From Lytechinus pictus (taxonomy: Eukaryota), in assembly GCF_037042905.1 (NCBI RefSeq), contig NC_087250.1, forward strand, positions 19,780,001-19,844,000: a stretch of DNA of 64,000 nucleotides. Reading direction: 5' to 3'. Shown here one piece after another: positions 27,305-39,984 of the stretch (its first letter is position 1; the number at the start of each line of letters is the position of its first letter). Both the position numbers and the translations under genes were made by a program. The notes beneath the pieces were generated by a model. The model had not been told where the DNA came from. It did no database searches and worked only from the letters and a program-made list of their open reading frames with translations.

Positions 27305-30300
27305 GGCCAAGTAAAAAAAGAAAGTAGTTGATCGTCCTCGCGCGCATCTATTTTGGCCGCCGCATGAAAATTTTTACTATTTACTATTAGGAGTGGGCTA
27401 TACATGGGTCAAAAATACTTTTTTTGTAATTTCAATATGACAACAGTTTTTTTTAATTCCTTGTAATGTATCTCAACATGAAACAACAATATTTTTTGTC
27501 TCGGGTCCGAGAAAAAAGTGTGCCGGGCCAAAATCCAAAATGGCCGCCAAAACCCCCCAAAATCACAGTTTTGGCCACAACTTTATTATTTGGTGGTCAA
27601 TTTCTCTGGTTTTGGTGTCTATTCATATGTTTTTTGGGGCAGGCAATTTGTTTTTCCTATAATTAGTACTTTTAAACCATTATTTGTAGAGTTAAAAGGT
27701 AATTATACCTAAATGTTCCCATTTTTGTAGCCTTTTTTCAGCCAAAAAGTGGGTTTTATCATCCTGGGGTTCTGGGATATTAGATGGTACGAGGTCAACA
27801 ATAGCAAGCAGCTTCATATAGCTATATTGCTTTTATTCCTCCACTTTGGGTTTTACGGATATTTGTGAAATATATCTTATTAAATAAAAAAAATGTCAAT
27901 TATCCATTGGGGCTATACAGTATACATATGTACAATGTACTGTACATACATACTGCACTGCATAAATGCATTGGCCACCATGACAGATAACAAGGCTTGT
28001 ATAAACTATAGTGTCATAGAAATGAGCTCTCAGGTTTAGAATTAGATGCCTCAGAAATTGAAGATATGTTTTGTCTCAGAAATTGAGGACATGTTTTGTC
28101 AAATATGCTAATTCAGGGGGCGGAGAGAGGTAATTTACACTGTAGCTATTCTGGGCCCCATTGCATAAAAATTTACCATTATGTTAACTTAACTTAATGG
28201 TAACTTGCATGCAATCCTTTATTCTGATTGGTTGTTGATCAGCGTTACCATGATACTAGTAGTTACCTGACCCCATAAACATAGGCCAGTTAGACACCAG
28301 AACCAGGTTAAAAAAAGCCTCCAAATGAAGAAGATATGGTTAAAAATGTGATGTACGTATATATACATGTATGTGATATTTACATGAAAGTTTAATTTAC
28401 GTTGCTGGTTTCACCATGTACATCAGCTGACAAGGAATCAAATTCTAAACCTTTGAAGCTCATTTCTATGACACTATAGTTTATATACAGGCCTTGTCAT
28501 ATGCCATGGTGGTCAATGCATGGATATATGCAGTGTAGTACAGTGTAGTACAGTGCATTGTACACCGTATAGCCCCTATGGATAAATGACATTTTCTTTT
28601 ATTTGATAAGATATATTTCACAAATATCCGTAAAACCCAAAGTGGAGGAATAAAAGCAATATAGCTACATGAAGCTGCTTGCTATTTTTGACCTCGTACC
28701 ATCTAATATCCCAGAACCCCAGGATGATAAAACCCACTTTTTGGCTGAAAAAAGGCTACAAAATGGGAAAATTTAGGTAAAATTACCTTTTAACTCTACA
28801 AATAATGGTTTAAAAGTACTAATTATAGGAAAAACAAATTGCCTGCCCCCAAAAACATATGAATAGACACCAAAAACCAGAGAAAATGACCACCAAATAA
28901 AAAAGTTGTGGCTAAAACTGTGATTTTGAGGGGTTTTGGCGGCCATTTTGGATTTTGGCCCGGCACACTTTTTTCTCGGACCCGAGACAAAAAATATTGT
29001 CATTTCATGTTGAGATAAGGTAAAAGGAACACAAAAAAACTGTTCCCACAGTAAAACCAAAAATCACCCATTTATAGCCCACTCCTATTACTATTTTCAA
29101 AAATTGGCTTTAAAAAAAAAAAAAAAAAAAAAATGGTGATGTTTCTCCTCCGTGCCTGCTTTCCTTTTTGATTGCAGCATCATTTTTCTTGATATCTACT
29201 ATTTTTATGGCTGCTGATTAGCGAAAAAAAATCACAAGATTGGCGAGTGATTTGCTCTCATGTGCTCTGGGATCTCTCTCGCAACTTCAAAAACAATTGC
29301 TAAGTCCGATATCGCCGTAACTGCAAGAAGGAAAAAAATTCTGATTTGTTTTTTTATTGGAATTTTGAAGATACCATCATAAATTAGCGAGAAAATAAAG
29401 TTTGCAAACTCGGAAAAGATCACGGATTTCTTCATTTTTAGTGCATTTTCCGGGACCCCGCTTCCTAAATCTGAACTAATCTGTCGCGTGCTTTGGAAAT
29501 ATGGCGCAGATAAATCAATTTTAATGATGTAATTTGTATTTTAGCGGGGTATTTTGGTGAGTGATAGCGCCAGTACTTCTATGTGTGTTACGGTGAATGA
29601 GCTGTGCTTGTGACTCTGTTGGGTAAATGCATGTGTGCTGGGATGATGTGATTGACTGTGCTGGCGCGACATGTGAATTTGTGAAATGAATTGAATTTTC
29701 TGGCAAGTTTTCTTACGTCAGCAGGCAATGCATTGAATATTCAAAAAATAATTTGAAGTGGGTTATTCATTATCAATATTGAAAATCATTAATGGGATTC
29801 CAGTAAGTGCCAATTCTGTTCAAATTTGATAAACTTCATTCTTCCTCGAGCTATTCAATTTGATGGACAATTGTAAAAATTAGTAAATAGATCTAACACT
29901 AACAGTTACAAATATTGAAATAATAAACATTATGTGAACAATTAACAATTAATTCAATAATCATTTAACATTTGATATCAATTAAAAAAATGAATAAAAA
30001 TTGAACAGTATTTAACATTATGTAAACGAATATACAAGCAGCTGGAAACTGCGATGCGAAACCATGCCCAGAGCTAAAAAAGAGATTGGCTCTGGAAAAC
30101 TGAACATGGCTCCATGGTAATAAAAATGACCCCTCCCCCAAATGCATGTTTTACCCTTACATATATATTAATATAGAATAATGTTTAAATCATTCACTTG
30201 ACATGAACATTTTGTTTTACAACAAGTAGCGGTATACATCAGTAATACTTCAGTAGATTTTTATCGCATAATATATTTTCCATATAGATTTCCAATCAAT

Positions 30301-30587
30301 TGCATACATGTATATATATATATATTTCTACTCATTTATTATTAATATTTGAGCATGCATCGATCACATAATTCGAGCTTGACATGGCCCGACAATCATT
30401 TGAATAAAAAATAGCAAAAAAAATAGTAAATAGTAAGGACCTCCCTCATCACTGATGTCAAAAAACGGGCCGAGAAAATGCCTCCTTGTTTTTAAAAAAA
30501 ATAGCAAGATAGCAAATAGTAAGGACCTCCCTCATCACTGCTCTCAGAAAACCCGGACGATCAACTACTATCTTTTTTTACTTGGCC
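27305..30587. mobile_element. Non-autonomous PIF/Harbinger-type DNA transposon (3283 bp)
   Basis: ~33-bp TIR ggccaagtaaaaaaagaaagtagttgatcgtcc / ggacgatcaactactatcttttttacttggcc, 3-bp TTA TSD; the empty site ccttataataaatg is present in sister repeat units. Confidence 0.9.
27388..29087. mobile_element. Foldback element with ~660-bp inverted arms, nested in the Harbinger-type element
   Basis: Arm 27388-~28050 is the reverse complement of ~28435-29087; flanked by a 7-bp direct repeat ttactat. Confidence 0.85.
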
Positions 30588-31624
30588 TTATAATAAATGT
30601 GGCATTGAGGAAATTCAAAGATTACAAAAATAACTGACCAAGTAATCGTCATTCCCCAAAAAGAATTTGAACAGTATCATTTTTGTTTGACCCGAGGACA
30701 AAGAAGCAATTGCCCATTGCCCCAGAGCTGTTCTAGTGAATGGACGAGAAGTTGTGTGATATAAAAGGGCCAATCTAGAGCAGTAATGGGCGACATTCTG
30801 ATCGCTGGAAAGAATTTGAAGGGGCACATCAATCAGATCCTAGGGAAAGTTGTTGCCAAAGCAACTGAGTGTACTCTGAAGCTAGTCTTCCGCAAATGTC
30901 AAACAGGCAATCAACAGTTATAAATTTGCAAGACGTTTCTAAAAGCAAAACTCCCAAGAATAGATCATCATAAGGACAAAGAATAGGGGTGATGATAATG
31001 TGTTGTCCATAGGCGATTGTGACTGGTAACTAGCTAGGATTGATAATGATGAACAATGGAATTCAATAAGGCAGAGCTATGGAAAACAGGCAGAATATGC
31101 TAAACAATTACACACAGAGGCAAACATACCTTATAATAAATGTGGAATTTAGGAAATTCAAAGATTTGAAAATACAACTCAACCGCAAAATAACAGAGAC
31201 TTCAAACAGTTATCATTTACGTTGGTCCAAAGGACCAGTTATTTTTCCTTTAATTGTATTGGCACAATGATCACATGATCTTGTGACATCACTAAGTGCC
31301 TTCTACATCAGATCATACTTCTGCACAAAGTGTCTGACAGTGACAGGATACAATATCAACTTAAGTGCAAAATGCTTGCAAGCTCTGGCACATTACAGAC
31401 TGCACAGCACCTCAGAGGCGGTGGAACATCAGGCTCATACAATGAAAGTGGAGGGGCACCTATTGTTTGGCAGACAAAAGGTGCCTCTCCACTTTCTATG
31501 TCCGAGCCTGATGTTCCGCTGCCTCTGCTGCACCCGCCAAGAATGACAATCTTCATCACTGCGATGTGTGTCACATAGTGTGGAGGTATACAGCTTCTGG
31601 GAGAGAATTTGTGATGGAGAAGGA

Positions 31625-31880
31625 ATTACACGAGTGGATGGAAGAGCTGAGTCAGTATGACATGCGCCTGGAACACCGCCCAGGCAAGAAACATGTCAAT
31701 GCCGATGCTCTGTCTAGGGTCCCATTGCACGAGGTAGTCTGTGAAGAGTATCGTTTGGGGTTTGATCTGCAGCAACTGCCATGCGGAGGCTGTGGGTACT
31801 GCTCCGAGGCACATCAAAACTGGGCCACATTCGGCACGGTGGTGGACAATGTTGTGCCTTTCGCAGGCCGTGCCGCAAAG
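31625..31880 (+). pseudogene. Gypsy RNase H C-terminal fragment, duplicate copy
   Basis: WMEELSQYDMRLEHRPGKKHVNADALSR. Confidence 0.8.
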
Positions 31881-32480
31881 GTGGGATGTTACAAAAGTTG
31901 ACCCCTTCAAAAATTGTATTACCATCGCAGCAGAATGAGGACATAATATTCAGCATAACTTTTTAATGCCATATGATATACCATCGCCTTGATTCCACCC
32001 AGAGGTGAACCTTCACAGGACATGCAATCCAATATTGCAATAAGATGGCTGATTTATGTTGGCCAACAAGAGTATGTCTATATTCAACATGCTAGAAACA
32101 AAGGTGAGGAATGGGTTGGACAATATAAGGTGGGTGGGTTTTGGAGTAACAACAAGAGTTCATGGGTGTTTTTGGTATTACTGCCCAAAATGTTACCATG
32201 GCCACACACCCTGTCAATGTGGCAATGTAATGTAATGTCATGACATGACATGTAATGTAATGAAATGTAATGTAATATAATCAATGTCATGTAATTTAAG
32301 GAAATGTAATGTAATGTAATATAATGTAGTTTTGGAAAAAGGTGTAGGTGATCTATAATATACTCTTGAAAAGGATTTCCAGGAGAGAGGATTACAGTGC
32401 CATATTCCAGGCCAGAATTATTCACAGTGGAAGGAATGCCACCGAGCATCACTTTAACACATCCAGGACAGTTGAATTCA

Positions 32481-34047
32481 TACCAGGAAAAGCATTTCCG
32501 GGAGGAAAGCGGATTTCCGTGCCTTATTCAAGACCAGAATCATTCACAGTGGAAGGAATGCCACCGAGCATCCCTTTAAAAAACCCTGGCCAATATGGGA
32601 AGGAGGCTCTTCTTAGCATCCTTCAAAATATTGAAAACATACAATTCCAGAGTAAGAGGTTCTCACTTATTCCGTAATACCTTTTACAGTGGGCTTACAA
32701 ATGCAAATATTGATATTACCAGTGTACAGAAAATGAGGAAAATCCAATACGTTGACTTTAACATCTCTCTATCCCTGAATCAATAAGTAAGGTTCTTACC
32801 CAGTAGGACATCCACACGTTATCAATTCACATAATCAAGACAATTCTGAATTAGGATTGCAAAACAGTTTTGAAAATTTCAAACAAGCCAGAAAACCTAG
32901 AACCAAAAATGTATTGTATTGTATATAACGCTAACTTGTTTCAATTGTTGTTGAATTCGTACCAGGAAAAGCATTTCCGGGAGGAAAGCGGATTTCAGTG
33001 CCTTATTCAAGACCAGAATAATTTACAGTGGAGGGAATGCCACCAACATCCCTTTAAAAAACCCTGGCCAATATGGGAAGGAGGCTCTTCTTAGCATCCT
33101 TCAAAATATTGAAAACATACAATTCCAGAGTAAGAGGTTCTCACTTATTCCGTAATACCTTTTTCAGTGGGCTTACAAATGCAAATATTGATATTACCAG
33201 TGTACAGAAAATGAGAAAAATCCAATACGTTGACTTTAACATCTCTCTATCCCTGAATCAATAAGTAAGGTTCTTACCCAGTAGGACATCCACACGTTAT
33301 CAATTCACATAATCAAGACAATTCTGAATTAGGATTGCAAAACAGTTTTGAAAATTTCAAACAAGCCAGAAAACCTAGAACCAAAAATGTATTGTATTGT
33401 ATATAACACTAACTTGTTTCAATTGTTGTTGAATTCGTACCAGGAAAAGCATTTCCGGGAGGAAAGCGGATTTCAGTGCCTTATTCAAGACCAGAATAAT
33501 TTACAGTGGAGGGAATGCCACCAACATCCCTTTAAAAAACCCTGGCCAATATGGGAAGGAGGCTCTTCTTAGCATCCTTCAAAATATTGAAAACATACAA
33601 TTCCAGAGTAAGAGGTTCTCACTTATTCCGTAATACCTCTTTCAGTGGGCTTACAAATGCAAATATTGATATTACCAGTGTACAGAAAATGAGAAAAATC
33701 CAATACGTTGACTTTACATCTCTTTATCCCAGCACCCATAAGTGAAGGTTCTTATCCAGTAGGACATCCACACGTTATCAATTCACATTATCAGGACGAT
33801 TCTGAATTAGGATTGCAAAACAGTTTTGAACATTTCACACAAGCCAGTAAACCTACAACCTAAAATGCATTATATTGTATTGTATATAAAGCTAACTTGT
33901 TTCAATTGTTGTTGAATTCGGTCAGGAAAAGCATTTCCGAGAGGAAGGCGGATTTCAGTGCCTTATTCAAGACCAGAATCATTCACAGTGGAAGGAATGC
34001 CACCGAGCATCCCTTTAAAAAACCTTGGCCAATATGGGAAGGAGGCA
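32481..34047 (+). repeat. ~478-bp tandem array, each unit carrying the GTF2I-like exon B
   Basis: Exon starts at 32487 (intact), 32966 and 33444 (1-bp deletion), and 33926 (truncated). Confidence 0.85.
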
Positions 34048-34957
34048 GTTAATAAGAACATAGGAGGAGAGGAGGCCAGTAGGGCATGATACTAGGAAGT
34101 TCTTTCAGGTAAGTGGGGATTCTAATGCATGGTCTGAAGGCGATGATCCTCTAGCCAGGCATCCCCCCAGAGGCGGAGGCAAGGGGTGACAATGAGGGCC
34201 AGAGTAAGAGGAGGGAGGGGCCCCTCGGCTCCACCCCCACCAATGACTTGGCGCGAGGGATGTGCGGGTGGGCATTTTACCTGAAAAGGAAGCTCTTATA
34301 ATATGTTATTTTGTTTAAGGTTCATAACATACACTTCTCATATAAAAAATTTGTAATATCTGGTTTTGTTTTTTCTTCCTGTCACTGAAGTGCAAGATGC
34401 TCAACCAGTTTGGATACAAGTGCCTCTTCTTGGCAGTCCACAAATCGGCAGAGGACTATTTAGTTACTGGCACAGAAGAGGGGCAGAGAATATCACAGGA
34501 TAAAAATCTCCTATTCACATTTTCATCATATGTGGTACCAGAGGGTAATAGAAATAAGTGGTGATACATTTTAGACAGAGCATGCAATGAACCTTCTAGT
34601 CATATCATATACAGCAAGTGCATAATTCATTTATTTGTTAAAATTCATTTTGCAGTGTTGATAATTTTCACGCATTAGCTGTTGTCCCCATCATTCTGAG
34701 TTATTCAGTAACTTTATACTTTTTTTACGGTGTTGCACGTTTTGCATGGCTCAACAATTTACTCTGCCCCTAGAGAAACTGCCACTGTTAAGGTCAAGAT
34801 AACTTAAGTGCTGTACAAGTACATTTTCATCAAATAAGTGTTTTTGCTTTGTTTTGTTTTATTATGGTTTGATAATATTATACTCTTTATTGATTGAGCA
34901 TTTTTCCACAGAATTGAACGGTTGAATATTAATTCATTTTTGTTTTTGTCTTACCAG

Positions 34958-35040
34958 TAACCAGGACCAACCGTCACTAGATTCGCTTGGTGACGAGGCA
35001 CTCAGAAACAGAGTTCAGAATTATTTCAATGAAAGATACA
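34958..35040 (+). pseudogene. GTF2I-repeat-like exon A (NQDQPSLDSLGDEALRNRVQNYFNERY)
   Basis: tttttgtcttaccag acceptor, A|gtgagt donor; LRNRVQNYFNERY resembles the LRxxVExLFNxKY start of the I-repeat; phase compatible with exon B. Confidence 0.55.
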
Positions 35041-35221
35041 GTGAGTAGTGTACCCCTGAGTTTGGATGTTATATGGGTGGTTGGATGTTTTCATTGAATG
35101 ATCAGTGTTGTTTTAGTTTTTTGCTTCTCATGTTCCTGCATTTATTGAACAGACTTTATGCTTAATACAAGTGAAAGATGCTTAATCCTCTAGCAATTCC
35201 TTCCGTGCAGCTGTATATTAA

Positions 35222-35384
35222 TACCTTGGTCACATTTGCTCTACGGCGGCCGTACGGCGAGTTGAAAACAGTCGTTTTATTCATTTTTATTCAAACCACC
35301 GATATGTAGCTGGTACAAACAAATGTTAAAACGGCTGTTTTCGACTCGCCGTACGGCCGCCGTAGAACAAATGTGACCAAGGTA
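35222..35384. mobile_element. TA-flanked palindromic MITE, copy 2 (opposite orientation to 258-420)
   Basis: Same TIRs; internal spacer is reverse-complemented. Confidence 0.85.
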
Positions 35385-36489
35385 TAAGCACAATCTGGTA
35401 GAATGGGAATGCCATTGTGGTGTGATTATGAAGATGCCAATAAAATAGTCTTAAGGTTAAACAGTTTATGTATGTCTCTGAAGCTTAAATGATATTGGCT
35501 GGGCTTCTTATTCAAAAAAAAAAAATTGGGGGGGGGTTTAATATAATTTGGCAGAACACAGAAAAGTGAAAGATATTTTGACATGTATATGTTGATATGG
35601 CGAGTCAAAAGACAGATAAGAAATATGGGGAATATGCAGTGGCGTGCACAGGATTTAGCTATGGGGGGGGGGGGCAAGAAAGCAATTCCCCTGAGTAGAT
35701 ATCAGCACCCAAGTTCCCCAAAGTGGCATACCGATTGGCGGGAAGGGAGCAATGTCATGGCCCCCCTGTGCACATGCTACTGGGGATATGCATTCCTTAA
35801 TTGGACCTCCCCTTAACTTACATGTTTTCATTTTATGTTTCTGATGTTGATTCGGCAGTACAAGGCCAATCAATTATTATCATAATTATTATTATTCTTT
35901 ATAATGAAGATGAACTTCAAGTCAATGAATTACGGCCAGTGCTACCGCAGGTACCCCCTGCCAGCCAGCCCCAGCTAGCTATTTGAGCCAAATCCCTTAA
36001 TCAGAATGAACAAGTACATAGAGGTGGTATAGAGGCAGAGGACCAAATGGAGAATGACAACGACGGTAAGATTAAGTTTTAATCAGACAGTGTGGTGTGA
36101 TTAAATGTATAAATTTCCTTCTAAGTGAATAACATTGATTGTCTATTCATATGGCCAGAATGTCATATTTAAAATTATGAATATTTGTGTCTGCATATTT
36201 GTGTTAAAGCCTGTCTTTAGATCTGGTAAATCCCCCCATGGCTTTATCACTATTCCAAATTATTACTACCTATTATGAATGGGTATGGCCTATTAGTTAT
36301 GATGAGGATAGAGGGAGCTAGATATCAAAGATTTGAATATTTTAAGTTTTAATAAAGAATTGGCGGTTGGAAAAAGATTTAACGGCCAATACACTTCTGA
36401 TGATAGGGGGTTACATCCAGCGCATGTATCAAATTACTCCATATGACAATGAGTTAGATTTACCTCAGGAATAAGACTATGTGCTGAGG

Positions 36490-37700
36490 GCGTGGGCAAG
36501 GTTCTTGTATGTGGAATACTGTTAAGTGCGGTTATGGACTCCCCTTCCAGATGTACCTTCAAGGAATTTACTCAGTTTAATGGAAGCGTGGGGTGCCCCA
36601 CTGTCTTTTGCCAGGGGAGACGATACATACATACAGCAGGTGGCGGTCATACCCATGCATATCCTTCCAAAGCGAGTAATGCATCTGGTCACCATGATCT
36701 CGGAACCCGTGACCAAACCATCAGTTTGCATACTAAGCCCAGGGGAAGGGAAAGCCAGTTGGAGTTAAAGGCCATAGTTTTTTTTTGTCCCGAAATTCGA
36801 CATCATAAATAGAATTGCAGTAGACCACATGCATGGGCTAATTTTAGGTGTGACAACAATGTTGATATCATTGTGGTTTGACAATAGCTCCCATGCAGCA
36901 GAATTCTCCATCTCTAAGCTTGTGAAGAAAGTTGATAGGCATAACAAAACATTTCTACACCCAACTGCATTTCCAGGATACCCATAAAGATCGAAACACA
37001 AATCAAATTTTGGAAAGTGTCTGAGTATAGGTCGTTCATACTATTTTACGCTTTGCCTTTTCCTTGGGGGTATATTGCGTGATGATTATTTCCAACATTT
37101 CTTGTTGCTGAATGATTCTGCATTAATTTTATTGTCTGATTCAATATCAAGTGCATCTCTGTTACAAGCAGAGAACATGTTGAAGCACTTTTGTCTTCGA
37201 ATAGAGAGCCTCTATGGCAAAAGATATATGACCTGGAATGTGCAAAGCCTTCTCCATTATGTAGAGAATGTGAGGTTTTTAGGATCACTTTGGGCCAACT
37301 CCTGTTTTCCATTTGAAGATTTTAATGGTGATATTAAAAATCTATTTCACAGTACAAGGGGCATTTGTTCACAGGTTGTCGATGCTGTTAGTTTACAGCA
37401 AATAATTCCCAACTTTGAACTACCATCCTATTCTGTAGGTTCAAGCGCTCGTTTATTTCATGACCACTTGACGAAACAAAGGTCTCGTAAATTGTCCGAA
37501 GAAATATCTGCTGGAGTGCTTGTGATCGGAACCATGGAAGAAATTAACATTGGCCAGATATATCACATACTGTGCATGGTCAAGTGGTTTGTAAAGTTAA
37601 GAGATTCTCAAGGCTGTTTTAAGAGGTATGGTTATCCACTCTAAGTCCTACTGGCCAGGCATCAAGCGCAATAGCTTTACAGTGGATTTTGGGAGGCAAA
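36490..37700 (+). pseudogene. CACTA/EnSpm (CMC) transposase, frameshifted remnant
   Basis: Ordered motifs DSPSR..FTQFNGSVGCP, DHMHGLILGV....LW, WKVSEYRSFILFY, LHYVENVRFLGSLWANSCFPFEDFNG. Confidence 0.8.
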
Positions 37701-38313
37701 GATAGGAGCATTTGTTTTGGCCAAGTCCTTTATTTCTTGAAATGTTATATTTTGTGTTGTAATCCCATATGTGATAAAAGTTGATGTTGCCACAAGCCCG
37801 TGTACTTTGCCATTGTTCAGGAATTTAAGCATCACAGTTTAGTGTTGTCGTCAGACACATTCACTATTATACGCCTGCAAGTAATATTGTACCTGTACAA
37901 GTAAATGACAAAGGAGAAAGCTATCAGTGTATTTTCAAACTGGAAACAACCAACATTTCCACAATGGGAGGAGGGGTTCTGTGCAATTAGAGAATTGTCT
38001 CATTTTTATTTGTTATTTTATCTGTACTAATAAATAGTATTATTTGATTGTTTGTATCTGTTTAATTTATTCTTCTTTATTTTCATACCACTATAACGAT
38101 CATTATCGCCAACTTCATTTGATTTGAATGTGCATGCAGTTTGCCAGTGTATTGTTACATTTGGATCAATCTATATTGTATCTATTACGTACTGTTAATT
38201 GGAGATGTATGCTTTTGAATTTCATTTTTTTTACATTGGAATCTCACTTTCCACCAGCAACAATTTAGTCTTCTGATTTTTTTTTACTAATTTCTGTGTT
38301 GTTCTCATCAATT

Positions 38314-39084
38314 GCCACAATTCATGGGAAGAGCAGAGCGACAACCTGCAAATTAGATGTCATTCGGCCAAAATCGAAGAGAAACAAGGCAATACCACCG
38401 GCCCTGCAAGTTTTCATCGCCCTGTGATTTTTCGCCACAGGGTCGGTTGTTGACAGCAGTGCCACAATCCATAGAGAGAGCAGAGCGACAACCTGCAAAT
38501 TAGATGTTATTCGGCCAAAATCGAAGAGAAACAAGGCAATACCACCGGCCCTGCAAGTTTTCATCGCCCTGCGATTTTTCGCCACAGGGTCGGTTGTTGA
38601 CAGCAGTGCCACAATCCATAGAGAGAGCAGAGCGACAACCTGCAAATTAGATGTTATTCGGCCAAAATCGAAGAGAAACAAGGCAATACCACCGGCCCTG
38701 CAAGTTTTCATCGCCCTGCGATTTTTCGCCACAGGGTCGGTTGTTGACAGCAGTGCCACAATCCATAGAGAGAGCAGAGCGACAACCTGCAAATTAGATG
38801 TTATTCGGCCAAAATCGAAGAGAAACAAGGCAATACCACCGGCCCTGCAAGTTTTCATCGCCCTGCGATTTTTCGCCACAGGGTCGGTTGTTGACAGCAG
38901 TGCCACAATCCATAGAGAGAGCAGAGCGACAACCTGCAAATTAGATGTTATTCGGCCAAAATCGAAGAGAAACAAGGCAATACCACCGGCCCTGCAAGTT
39001 TTCATCGCCCTGCGATTTTTCGCCACAGGGTCGGTTGTTGACAGCAGTGCCACAATCCATGGGGTGAACGGAGCGACGACCTGC
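38314..39084 (+). repeat. 147-bp tandem array (5 units + partial) derived from a Harbinger transposase HTH segment
   Basis: Units start at 38314, 38461, 38608, 38755, 38902 and 39049; the + frame reads IRPKSKRNKAIPPALQVFIALRFFATGSVVDSSATIH. Confidence 0.85.
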
Positions 39085-39459
39085 CGAGTGCAGCATAAAG
39101 CATGAGGTAAGACTTATCGTTGCTCTATTTTATGGGTCGGTTGAAACTGTAGCACGGTCGGCTGGCCCTGAAATCTCAGCGGTGCTCCCTTCTACCTTCG
39201 CCGGAGGATGAGGGGTAATTTGCACTGTCTTTCCCGTTCACGTTATTGGCCGATCGAGCTACCAATCTCAGTAACGAGGTTCTCAGCCGAAATTTCAAGG
39301 AATTAACATAGTACCTTACAACATTAGTACCATAGATCTATGATAAAACTAAAAGTATGGAAATAAAGGGTTAGTTATTTTTAAGCTGAAAAATCTGTCC
39401 GAACAGTTCAGCTATAAATCCTTCCTGGTGACCACTGCTCAAATCAACAAGGTTCTCAA

Positions 39460-39850
39460 CTACATATCAGTCGCTGACCCATGAATTACAGCCTATATTG
39501 GGTGATTTTCTAGGAGAATTAACTGACGAGTTGGATGGTAGGCACATTTCTACATTTCTTTCAGGGAGACCCTAAAATTATGCGTATCAATTAAACAATG
39601 GCAAGACAAGTTGTAAAGTTAAGGGGATTGCATTCAATTATGACAATGGACAATGAATCAATTTCGATGCAATGAAAAAATGATCCCGACAATGGGGACA
39701 GATGATGAACACAAAATAACTGTCACTGATCACTATCAAATAACAAAAGAGGTGAAAAAGAAAACGATCGAGACAAAGGAATCCCATAAAGATTATGGAG
39801 TAGAGTTTGACAAACAAGTTTTGCGTCTGACTCTTTCACGTGTTGATACG
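39460..39850 (+). pseudogene. Polinton/Maverick pPolB C-terminal fragment (partial duplicates at ~40868-41050 and ~46683-46870)
   Basis: PILGDFLGELTDELDGRHISTFLSGRP*NYAYQLNNGKTSCKVKGIAFNY...INFDAMKK...KDYGVEFDKQVL, matching the pPolB GELTDEL / GPKxYxY / KxKG motifs. Confidence 0.85.
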
Positions 39851-39984
39851 CAGGGTGTAGTATTTTTATTCATACAACTGTCCTTGTTTTCTCACAGGGA
39901 GCGTCAAGTTTGCCAACATTTTGCATGCCCGTAAGGCCGTAACCATCCCAAGTATCAGGCCACAGAGATCGTGGAACTCTTCAA

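Larger units (their letters stand above)
24405..31170 (+). repeat. Chimeric ~585-bp tandem array, block 2 (interrupted by the Harbinger-type insertion)
   Basis: Anchors at 24646, ~25225 (internally deleted), 25787, 26381, 26954 and 30786. Confidence 0.9.

Noticed and set aside
38322..39053. 243-aa minus-strand ORF as a membrane repeat protein
   Set aside because: It is the antisense shadow of a 147-bp repeat whose + frame matches Harbinger transposase
18355..39850. One intact Polinton/Maverick spanning the two pPolB fragments
   Set aside because: No TIRs, integrase, ATPase, protease or capsid motifs recognised; the fragments are short, decayed and ~8-17 kb apart
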